From a virus: a DNA stretch of 36,809 nt. Below, piece by piece: positions 24,018-31,473 of this stretch (positions are counted from its first letter, which is position 1; every line of letters begins with the position of its first letter). Location of the stretch: IMG/VR virus record IMGVR_UViG_3300045988_038600, positions 1 to 36,809 of that record; one strand, given 5' to 3'. A model generated the notes under the pieces. That model was not told where the DNA came from and made no database searches. It saw only the letters and a list, made by a program, of their open reading frames with translations. The position numbers and the translations under genes are program-made.

Positions 24018-24551
24018 ATGGGATGTTTAAATAAACTGGATAAAGCGATCTTAGTTGATTGCGACGGAGGGGCAACAGGCGTAGCCGAGATGCTTCTTAT
24101 CAACTTTGCGGATATTGCTACAAAGAGCGTAGCGGATGGCATTGCCACTATAACGCTAGCCACTAACGCTAAGGCCGTGCTGGTTGAGAGTAACAAGAAG
24201 GGTGTAAACGCTACGGAAGAAGTCAAGCAGAACGACAATGCGCCAACAGCGTTAACGCAGGCGGTTACGTTCACGCTGTATCAAGGTGACGTAAACGGAA
24301 CTCTGATAGTGAATCAGATTTTAAACGGTACGTTTTTAGCGCTTGTCAAGACTAAGGCGGGAAGAATTCGGGCATACGGGTATAATTACGGTTTGAGCGC
24401 AACCGCTATTTCGGAGGACTTGAACGCTAACGGCGGTTTTACTACCGTCACGTTATCGACATCAGAAAATGTTATCGGCGAGGCGCGTGTAAGCTTCGCA
24501 GATGCTAGTTATAACACGTTGAGAGCCGCGGCTATCGTAACAGAATCATAA
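24018..24551 (+). CDS. Structural paralog 2 of 3, 177 aa
   Basis: See paralog 1. Same length and colinear motifs. Confidence 0.6.
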   Translation: MGCLNKLDKAILVDCDGGATGVAEMLLINFADIATKSVADGIATITLATNAKAVLVESNKKGVNATEEVKQNDNAPTALTQAVTFTLYQGDVNGTLIVNQILNGTFLALVKTKAGRIRAYGYNYGLSATAISEDLNANGGFTTVTLSTSENVIGEARVSFADASYNTLRAAAIVTES

Positions 24552-24564
24552 AGGAGGATATTAT

Positions 24565-25104
24565 ATGGCATGTTTAAAAAAATTAGGTGTGGATATTACG
24601 TATGATTGCTCGGACTTGGGAGTACTAGGCGGAACAGGTGAAATAGATGAAGCGATTGTTATCAACTCATCGGACATTTCCACCGTATCAGAAACCGGAG
24701 GGGTCGGTACTATAACTATGTTAACAGGGAAAAAGGGATACGTAGTTAACTCCGTAAACAACTCCGTGATGTATCAGGAAGCAATTAAAGCGAATGATAC
24801 CGTACCCGCAGCAGAGGATCAGAGCGTAGTGATTAAGATGTTGTCCTCTATGGATAAAACTTTATACCGGGGTGCGATACGTGGTTTGCTTGGTGGTAAC
24901 TTCCGGGTAGCATTCAGAACTAAAGCAGGTAACTATTATTTGGCAGGTGCGTTTTGTGGTTTAGAAGCCTCCGACCTTGCAACCGATTCAAGCAACGGTG
25001 GTATATCAACCATCACACTTAAAACGCCGGAAGCGTCAACAGGCGACCAACTTCTAAATATTACTAAGGCCACGTACGACGGTCTGAAGATACCGAAAGT
25101 TTAA
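24565..25104 (+). CDS. Structural paralog 3 of 3 (most diverged), 179 aa
   Basis: MACLKKL..ITYDC, GNFRVAFRTKAGNYY.AG..CGLE and GGISTITLKTPE are colinear with paralogs 1 and 2. Confidence 0.6.
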   Translation: MACLKKLGVDITYDCSDLGVLGGTGEIDEAIVINSSDISTVSETGGVGTITMLTGKKGYVVNSVNNSVMYQEAIKANDTVPAAEDQSVVIKMLSSMDKTLYRGAIRGLLGGNFRVAFRTKAGNYYLAGAFCGLEASDLATDSSNGGISTITLKTPEASTGDQLLNITKATYDGLKIPKV

Positions 25105-25125
25105 TAAATTAAAACAGTTTAAAAG

Positions 25126-25635
25126 ATGGAAAAAATTACAGATATAGGACAGATAGTTTCATTGTGCCAAACAATGACTAATCTAAAATTGGATATTACG
25201 TGCGGAGCGGATCGCCTGTTTGCGCAACGCTGGTATGATGAACGCTATTTAACCGGCCAGCACACCCGCTACGTAATGAAGCCGGGACTGTTCATCAACT
25301 CGATTGAAGATGGACGAGTATACCGTGCTTTCAACACAAGCGACGAGAAGGCCGTGGAGTTCATGGAAGCCGCCGAGGAATACAAGGACTATTTTATAGA
25401 CCTGCAAGCAGAACCGGAGGCGCCCGTAGAAGGTGAACCGGAAGCGCCCGTAGAAGGTGAACCAGAAACAGATGCCGTTCAAGTAAGGGCGGCAGAAGAG
25501 CCGGAACTATCGGAGGAAGAGATCGCGGCAGCAAAACGCAGCGAAGCGGCTAAAAAGGCAGCGGCTACTAGAGCAGCAAACAAGGCAGCAGCAGAAGCGG
25601 AAGCCGCCGAGGGCCTTAAGGAGTTCGAAGAATAA
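25126..25635 (+). CDS. Hypothetical virion-module protein, 169 aa, with an acidic/Ala-rich C-terminal tail
   Basis: ORF track. Confidence 0.6.
   Translation: MEKITDIGQIVSLCQTMTNLKLDITCGADRLFAQRWYDERYLTGQHTRYVMKPGLFINSIEDGRVYRAFNTSDEKAVEFMEAAEEYKDYFIDLQAEPEAPVEGEPEAPVEGEPETDAVQVRAAEEPELSEEEIAAAKRSEAAKKAAATRAANKAAAEAEAAEGLKEFEE
25411..25467 (+). repeat. 24-bp tandem repeat, ~2.4 copies (GAACCGGA(G/A)GCGCCCGTAGAAGGT; encodes EPEAPVEG)
   Basis: Read directly. There is one mismatch between the full copies. Confidence 0.85.
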
Positions 25636-25654
25636 TATTTAAAAAGGTAAATCA

Positions 25655-26803
25655 ATGATCGCAGCAAAGAAAATAGAGTTAATAGTACGTAGGGCACTGA
25701 ATTTAGTGCCCCGTACTTCGGAAGGGGTGGTTAGCTATGATGTAGACAACTTGTACCCACAACGTATCGCAAATCTTATCGACGCTAGCAAGACCGCTAC
25801 GGCGTGTTGTGACAAGGCGAAAGAGAACATTATTTGCGAAGGGTTCGTTAACGAAGAATTTGCAGCGAGAACCAACGAGCACGGCCAGGATATGAACGAC
25901 GTTTTGGAGTTCGTGGCTGACGAGATACCAAGATATAGAGGTTACGCGTTAATAGTACAATACGGCGGCGATGGTCGCCCTTTGTACTGTTATCCCGTGC
26001 CGTTCGGTTACGTTCGTGCCGTTCTTAACGAGGACTACAAACGGGATTCGATCGTGCGGAAATGGCGTGTATTCGACAACTGGGAACGCGAGATGCTGAA
26101 GGACACGAACGTGAAGACAGGCGTAGTTTATCCTAACTTCAACCCGAAGAACTTTTGGAAAGAATGTGAAGAGTACGGAGGTATTGAAAACCATCCGGGA
26201 CAATTATATTACGCTAACTTCTCAAACCGTAGACCCTATCCTATCAGCCCGTTTCACGCGGTACAGCCGGAAATGGGGGCAGAACACGGGAACGCCTTGT
26301 ACGTTGAGAACGTTCTAGCGCGCGGATTCCACGCCTGTAGCGTAGTTTCACACGGAATGTTTCAGAGCGATCAGGAGCAGAACGAGTTTCGGGACGCAAT
26401 TACCGAAATGATGGGAGTAGAAGGAACTGGCGCGGTACTCACGGTAAGAGACGAGAATGTAGGTATTACAGAGAAGCCCTTTATCCGGGTGGATCAAATC
26501 GGTACGCCTATTGATTCCGATCTGTATAAGTCATATTGCGAACCATTGCGGAAAGACATTGCAATTTCTTGCTTTACTATTCCGATCCCGCTTATTGATT
26601 CATCATTGATCAGCTTCTCGAACGCATCGGGTGAAGTGGTTAAGGAGATGCAGCGCGTTTACCGCCGTTCATTGTCACGTGTCCGTGATAAGATTTCCCG
26701 AGACCTGGCATATATATTCGACCTAGACCCGGAACTAACTAAGATTAAAAACGATTTGGAAGGCGACGCGGATATTGCGCCCGACCAAGTAATAACAGAT
26801 TAA
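25655..26803 (+). CDS. Putative portal protein, 382 aa
   Basis: Assigned by size and position in the head module, and because no other portal-sized candidate exists. No signature motif was verifiable by eye. Confidence 0.45.
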   Translation: MIAAKKIELIVRRALNLVPRTSEGVVSYDVDNLYPQRIANLIDASKTATACCDKAKENIICEGFVNEEFAARTNEHGQDMNDVLEFVADEIPRYRGYALIVQYGGDGRPLYCYPVPFGYVRAVLNEDYKRDSIVRKWRVFDNWEREMLKDTNVKTGVVYPNFNPKNFWKECEEYGGIENHPGQLYYANFSNRRPYPISPFHAVQPEMGAEHGNALYVENVLARGFHACSVVSHGMFQSDQEQNEFRDAITEMMGVEGTGAVLTVRDENVGITEKPFIRVDQIGTPIDSDLYKSYCEPLRKDIAISCFTIPIPLIDSSLISFSNASGEVVKEMQRVYRRSLSRVRDKISRDLAYIFDLDPELTKIKNDLEGDADIAPDQVITD

Positions 26804-26804
26804 T

Positions 26805-27242
26805 ATGGCATACCCGATCCAATTACTACGAGATTTGTTTACGATCGCGAAGGACGTTAAGGACAGCGACATCGAAAAAGCTTTTTACGAAGCCGATATG
26901 CTCGACATGTCGCCACAACTTCACCGATCGTATGAAGAGATACCGCCGGAATACTTAGTTGATACCCCGGCGCTTACAGGAGCTAATAAAGTATTATGCT
27001 ACTATGCCTTTGCCCGTTACTCGCAGACCAGCGAGCAGCAGAGCACGGCAAGCGGCCTAAAAATACAAAACTATGGCGGCAGCTACGTTCTAGCCGATGA
27101 CAACAAAGCGAGACGGTTTGAAGCCGAACGCGGAAAAGCTGATTTATTTATAGTCCCGTTAATCAAGGCGTTCAAGACCGCCGGACTGATTAAAGAGGAA
27201 TGTTCACACAGGGTACAATCTAGGATATGTTTGATAAAATAA
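26805..27242 (+). CDS. Hypothetical head/connector-module protein, 145 aa
   Basis: ORF track. Confidence 0.6.
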   Translation: MAYPIQLLRDLFTIAKDVKDSDIEKAFYEADMLDMSPQLHRSYEEIPPEYLVDTPALTGANKVLCYYAFARYSQTSEQQSTASGLKIQNYGGSYVLADDNKARRFEAERGKADLFIVPLIKAFKTAGLIKEECSHRVQSRICLIK

Positions 27243-27769
27243 TGGATGGAGTTTTTGATACGGTGCGTGTCGCGTCTCTGGCTTTCCTGCTAACAGTTAC
27301 TAACGATGTGATGACCTTCTTCGTCCTGATAATCTTATTCGGCACATTAAATTTTATAGTGGGACTTATTGCAGGCTTACGGGCTGGTGAGAAATACAGC
27401 CATAAAAAGGCTTTCCACGCCTTTTTCGAGTATGCAATCGCGGCAATCGTGATTCTGTTCACGGCGGCAGGCGCACGGCTTATTGAGCCGGAAGGGAACT
27501 ATACGGACTTATTACGATTACTCACAACGCTTTTCGCGCTGGTGTATTCCAAGAATATTATCCGTAACTTTAAAAAGATCCAACCGGATAATGAGTTTAT
27601 AGCGGTACTGGATATACTGATTAATACTAAATATTTGGACTTTATAAAAAATTTGAAAAATGCGAAACTTCACAATTCAAGAGCTGACCGCGTCAACGAC
27701 AGCGGCGGCGAAGAAGATCAACAACGATCCGACACCGGAAGCGGCGGAGAATCTGAAACTGTTAGTTGA
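27227..27769 (+). CDS. Putative holin (3-4 TM helices, charged C-terminus). An alternative start at 27242 would give TAATG coupling.
   Basis: Hydrophobic helices VASLAFLLTV..FFVLIILFGTLNFIVGLIAGL..AIAAIVILFTAAG. Lies immediately upstream of the endolysin. Confidence 0.6.
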   Translation: MFDKIMDGVFDTVRVASLAFLLTVTNDVMTFFVLIILFGTLNFIVGLIAGLRAGEKYSHKKAFHAFFEYAIAAIVILFTAAGARLIEPEGNYTDLLRLLTTLFALVYSKNIIRNFKKIQPDNEFIAVLDILINTKYLDFIKNLKNAKLHNSRADRVNDSGGEEDQQRSDTGSGGESETVS

Positions 27770-28058
27770 TAACGTGCTAGACCCGTTACGGGACGCGTAC
27801 GGCAAGCCGATCCGGGTTAATAGCGGATATAGATCGCCCGCCCTTAACAAGGCGGTGAAAGGCTCTAAAACGTCGCAGCACATGAAGGGACAAGCGGCGG
27901 ACATAACGGGAGGTAGCAAACAAGAGAATAAGAAACTCTTTGAACTGGCGCAAAAACTCAATTTGCCGTTTTGCCAGCTTATCGACGAGAAGAATTTTTC
28001 ATGGGTGCATATATCATACGATAAGAACAATGTGAAACGCCAAATACTTCATCTATGA
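27660..28058 (+). CDS. Endolysin, peptidase M15 (L-Ala-D-Glu / D-Ala-D-Ala peptidase family)
   Basis: SGYRSPALN...SQHMKGQAADI...WVHIS matches the M15 Zn-ligand pattern H..D..H. Confidence 0.85.
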   Translation: MRNFTIQELTASTTAAAKKINNDPTPEAAENLKLLVDNVLDPLRDAYGKPIRVNSGYRSPALNKAVKGSKTSQHMKGQAADITGGSKQENKKLFELAQKLNLPFCQLIDEKNFSWVHISYDKNNVKRQILHL

Positions 28059-28642
28059 AAATAACGCTTAATAAGATATTGGTGTGTTTAGCGGTCCTTC
28101 TAGCCATTTTGTTGTACGCGTCGTATAAGACAGTACAAAAACAGAGAAAAGAGCTAGAACGGCAGGAAAACAACCTCACCGCGCTTAACTCCGAGGCCGT
28201 AGCATTCAAGACTACGGCAGGCGATTATGCGGAACAGGCCAGGCAGTTAAAGCTAGAGAAGGACGAGCTAGAACTATATAACGCTGATCTATATAATAAG
28301 GTACGCGAGGCAGGTATAAAGATACGAGAGCTAAAGAACGCCACGAGGGCCGAGACAGTTACCAAGGTGGACACTGTGGTTAAGACAGAATACCGGGACG
28401 GGAACAGAGAAAACCGGCTAGCCCACTATTTCGACGGGTGGAATGATATACAAGTTGAATCAAAACCGGACACAACAATTATAAAATCTAGTAGTGTTGA
28501 CACGATCGATGTGATCGGATCAGTCAAACAAAAGCGGTTTTTATTCTTCCGGATCGGAAAACCGAAACAAACTATAACCGTATCGAATAAAAACCCGAAA
28601 TCTAAAATACACGTAGAATTCTCGGCAGAATTCGGCAAATAA
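28055..28642 (+). CDS. Spanin-like lysis accessory protein (N-terminal TM anchor plus coiled coil), 195 aa
   Basis: TM segment ILVCLAVLLAILLYASY followed by a heptad-rich segment. ATGA coupling to the endolysin. Confidence 0.5.
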   Translation: MKITLNKILVCLAVLLAILLYASYKTVQKQRKELERQENNLTALNSEAVAFKTTAGDYAEQARQLKLEKDELELYNADLYNKVREAGIKIRELKNATRAETVTKVDTVVKTEYRDGNRENRLAHYFDGWNDIQVESKPDTTIIKSSSVDTIDVIGSVKQKRFLFFRIGKPKQTITVSNKNPKSKIHVEFSAEFGK

Positions 28643-28692
28643 CACCTTTCATCTTTCATAAACGCCCTTTCATCATTTACATTTGAAAACTT

Positions 28693-28724
28693 AAAACGCT
28701 GATTCGTAACGAGTTGGCGTTTTT
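28693..28724 (+). terminator. Intrinsic terminator T2 (~14-bp stem including G:U pairs, 3-nt loop, T-run)
   Basis: AAAACGCTGATTCG TAA CGAGTTGGCGTTTT followed by T, lying 50 nt after the last late gene. Confidence 0.7.
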
Positions 28725-28736
28725 GCTTGTGAATGA

Positions 28737-28953
28737 TTAAAATTTGTATCTATTACACCTAACTTGCTTATTTATAATACTTTATCTATTGGTATATATC
28801 TAATGTAAAAGATGTAAAGATAATATATAGAGCTAAGAATGAAATAGTAATATAATATATAAAATATGTAAATATATGAATTAATATGTGAATGAATTTA
28901 TAGAAATATTTAAATATAAACTAATAGAGAAACTATCTCTTACCTTTTACATT
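28737..28953 (+). repeat. AT-rich non-coding cassette B, homologous to cassette A at 8673-8900
   Basis: See cassette A. It starts 13 bp after T2. Confidence 0.8.
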
Positions 28954-29102
28954 CCACCCGTTTTTGCCACTTAACTAGCTGATACGCAATTAGTTAAGGG
29001 CGTAAAGATCCGCTTAAAAAGGGCTATTTGTCATTTACACTGTTACTAAACCTTCAAAACCGTTAATCAGAGTTAAATTACTAAAGTTTTTTGGGAAATA
29101 GT

Positions 29103-29132
29103 TTTGTAGTTCAGAATAAAGCTGTACCTTTG
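29103..29132 (+). promoter_or_regulatory. Promoter PB, a diverged homolog of P1/P2 (-33 TTTG at 29103-29106, -7 TAccTTTG at 29125-29132)
   Basis: 29080-29145 aligns with 36705-36764 (ACTAAAGTTTTTT..G.GAAA.AGTTTTG.TAGTTCA.AAT.AAGC.GTA.CTTTG). Both consensus boxes are retained. Confidence 0.65.
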
Positions 29133-29208
29133 TAACATCGAAATGAAAAACCAACTAAATTTGTTGAACTATTCCGATAACGGAGAATCGTTTTAAACAT
29201 TACTAGAT

Positions 29209-29535
29209 ATGGCAATAGACATTTATAAATTAGAAGCGTTCTTTTATAAGATTATACGGGAGAAGATTAAAGCGTGCAAAACGATAGGCGAGGCTACAAT
29301 GCTATATGGCTATCCGGGCAACTCGAAAATGGTGTTCGATGATTTGCAACGAGAAGAAGAAGCCGGAAAAAAGTTTAAGTATAAAATCCGGGGCTTTATA
29401 ATTCCACACGCCAAACGTTACGAAACTATTTTCGAGCAGGCCCGGCGCGCCGCTTATTCCGATCACGTACAAACTTACCGAACGTCTGACAAATTGAATT
29501 TTAAATTTAACGAAAGAATGAAATGGAAAAAGTAG
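29209..29535 (+). CDS. Hypothetical protein, 108 aa, first gene of the replication block
   Basis: ORF track. Confidence 0.6.
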   Translation: MAIDIYKLEAFFYKIIREKIKACKTIGEATMLYGYPGNSKMVFDDLQREEEAGKKFKYKIRGFIIPHAKRYETIFEQARRAAYSDHVQTYRTSDKLNFKFNERMKWKK

Positions 29536-29702
29536 AACTTATCACAGTGGCGGAAGCCGCCCGGTTAGCGGAGTGCACCGAAAATGCCATACGCTACCAA
29601 CTCAACGCCGGAAAACTCACACGGTACGAGAACGGAACGGGCAAGATCAGAGTGAGCAAAAATGAGTTATTAGAAACAATTTTTAATTTTAAGAAAAAAT
29701 GA
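29523..29702 (+). CDS. HTH DNA-binding protein (excisionase/MerR-like HTH_17 type), 59 aa (not in the ORF track)
   Basis: Hand translation: MEKVELITVAEAARLAECTENAIRYQLNAGKLTRYENGTGKIRVSKNELLETIFNFKKK. This is the classic T..EAA..L.....I......G.L pattern, and the stop overlaps the next ATG. Confidence 0.6.
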   Translation: MEKVELITVAEAARLAECTENAIRYQLNAGKLTRYENGTGKIRVSKNELLETIFNFKKK

Positions 29703-30244
29703 AAGTAGTAATCGAATTAATCGGAAATGAGAGTAAACAGGATTTGTTGGCAACGTCTAATTATTTGCGCGAATTGGCGGGAGAAGCCGTACCAGAAGTA
29801 ACGGAACGTAAAACCGATCTTGACAAGTTAGCGGACGCAGTTGTAGAAGCAACAAAGGTGAAAAGTGATGGTGAAACGAAGATATTAACGGGTGAAAAAA
29901 CGCCTAAAACAGTGGCCGAGATGGTAGAATCTGAACGTGCCAAGACACGTGCTAGACGTGCCGTGAAACCTGCACCGGAAGAAGCGAAAGAAGAAGTTCC
30001 TGCACCTGCACCAGTGGAAGAAGCACCTGCACCAGTGGAAGAAGCACCTGCACCAGCCGAACCTAAAACGGATGCAGCATCTTATACTATCGACGATTGT
30101 AAGTCGTGGGCTATGAAGGCACTAAACGCAAAGAAACGCCCAATTGTACAAGAAGCTTTTGAAAGCGTAGGCGCATCTAGTTTCCCAACGTTGAAGGAAG
30201 AGATGTTTAACGATTTTGTTGCATACATTTCAAGCCGTCTATAA
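29699..30244 (+). CDS. Hypothetical protein, 181 aa, with a Pro/Glu/Ala repeat linker
   Basis: ORF track. Confidence 0.65.
   Translation: MKVVIELIGNESKQDLLATSNYLRELAGEAVPEVTERKTDLDKLADAVVEATKVKSDGETKILTGEKTPKTVAEMVESERAKTRARRAVKPAPEEAKEEVPAPAPVEEAPAPVEEAPAPAEPKTDAASYTIDDCKSWAMKALNAKKRPIVQEAFESVGASSFPTLKEEMFNDFVAYISSRL
29999..30056 (+). repeat. 21-bp tandem repeat (CCTGCACCAGTGGAAGAAGCA x2 plus partial copies; encodes PAPVEEA)
   Basis: 30005-30025 equals 30026-30046, with partial units on both sides. Confidence 0.85.
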
Positions 30245-31407
30245 TGGGACACGCAGATAGAGACCACGCGATTCTATCGCCGAGTAGCGCGAAACGATGG
30301 ATTCATTGTACTCCATCGGCGCTACTAGCGGAAGCCGCAGGCAGCAAGACAAGCGTTTACGCCGAAGAGGGCACACTAGCCCACGAAATAGCCGAACACG
30401 CTTTGACCCAATACCTAGAAGGCGTATATGATCCGATCGTTGATGAAGAGTTACCTGTCAACGATGAACACCTTAAAAACCCGCTGTTTAGTATTGATAT
30501 GGCGAATTATATTCGCGATTATTGCGAGTATGTTATCGGCGAAGGGTACGAGATGGCTAAGGCAGACGGTTTTTGCGAAATGTTCATAGAGCGTCGAGTA
30601 GACATTACAGACTACGCACCGGACTCGTTCGGATCGGTAGACGTAACGATTGAGTCAGACAAGACAATACACATTATCGATTTGAAGTACGGCGCAGGCG
30701 TTAAGGTGACCGCCGATCACAACGAACAAATGATGTTATACGCTTTGGGAGCTTTGAAGGCGGCGGTGTCGCAGAACATAACCAATATTCGAATGACAAT
30801 CGCACAAGTCAGATTAGACCACTACGACACGTTTGAGATGTCGAAGGGTGAATTACTCGACTGGGCGGAAAAAGTCCTGAAACCAGCCGCAAAAGCGGCA
30901 ATACAGGGCAAAGGGAAACAAGTTATCGGGAGTTGGTGCCAATTTTGCCCGGTTAAAGCCCGATGTAGAGCGCAACGTGACGCAGTACTTGCGGACTTCG
31001 ACGAAAAGCCCGAACCACTGTTATTGTCTGACGAAGAAGTAACCGACCTTATTGGTAAGATCGACACATACAAAAGCTGGATCGAATCAGTTAATAAGTA
31101 CGTTTACGATAGAGCGATACAGGGCCACAAATGGAACGGTTACAAGCTAGTAGCCGGACGGTCAAGCCGAGTTATCAAGGACGAGGCAAAGATACGGCAG
31201 GAGTTATTAAACGAGTTCCTAGAGGACGAAGTTTTAAACATCAAGCTAAAGGGTATCGGAGATCTCGAGAAGTTGTTAGGCAAAAAGGTATTTAGCGCGA
31301 GGTTTGGAGACGCGATTGAATCACGACCCGGCGCGCCTAAACTAGTACCGGAATCCGCTAAGGGTGTGGAATATAACCCGCTATGCGACTTCGACATCGA
31401 AGGCTAA
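30244..31407 (+). CDS. PD-(D/E)XK nuclease, DUF2800 / Cas4-like, with a 4-Cys cluster
   Basis: N-terminal HAILSPSSAKRWIHC, a core D...IIDLKYG ((D/E)xK), and C-terminal C-x2-C-x5-C (CQFCPVKARC) as in Cas4/AddB Fe-S nucleases. Confidence 0.75.
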   Translation: MGHADRDHAILSPSSAKRWIHCTPSALLAEAAGSKTSVYAEEGTLAHEIAEHALTQYLEGVYDPIVDEELPVNDEHLKNPLFSIDMANYIRDYCEYVIGEGYEMAKADGFCEMFIERRVDITDYAPDSFGSVDVTIESDKTIHIIDLKYGAGVKVTADHNEQMMLYALGALKAAVSQNITNIRMTIAQVRLDHYDTFEMSKGELLDWAEKVLKPAAKAAIQGKGKQVIGSWCQFCPVKARCRAQRDAVLADFDEKPEPLLLSDEEVTDLIGKIDTYKSWIESVNKYVYDRAIQGHKWNGYKLVAGRSSRVIKDEAKIRQELLNEFLEDEVLNIKLKGIGDLEKLLGKKVFSARFGDAIESRPGAPKLVPESAKGVEYNPLCDFDIEG

Positions 31408-31443
31408 CAGAAGTTAAAAAACAATTAAAGAATGTATAAATGG

Positions 31444-31473
31444 TTTGAAGTTTAAAATAAAGCAATATCTTTG
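31444..31473 (+). promoter_or_regulatory. Candidate internal promoter (-33 TTTG at 31444-31447, -7 TAtcTTTG at 31466-31473, 18-nt spacer)
   Basis: Consensus match in the 97-bp gap before the DUF2815 gene. Confidence 0.45.

Noticed and set aside
29143-29196. 17-codon mini-ORF (MKNQLNLLNYSDNGESF) right after promoter PB
   Set aside because: It is too short to support as a gene. The ATG is probably retained only through homology with the P1 leader. A leader-peptide role is possible but there is no evidence for it.
29549-29561. GGCGG-AAG-CCGCC mini-hairpin about 420 nt downstream of PB, considered as a third copy of the conserved 322/2822 hairpin
   Set aside because: It has a 5-bp stem with a 3-nt loop inside the HTH coding sequence (VAEAAR). 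It lacks the conserved AATAACC / ACAACA flanks and the GTARCA loop, so it is probably coincidental GC-rich codons.
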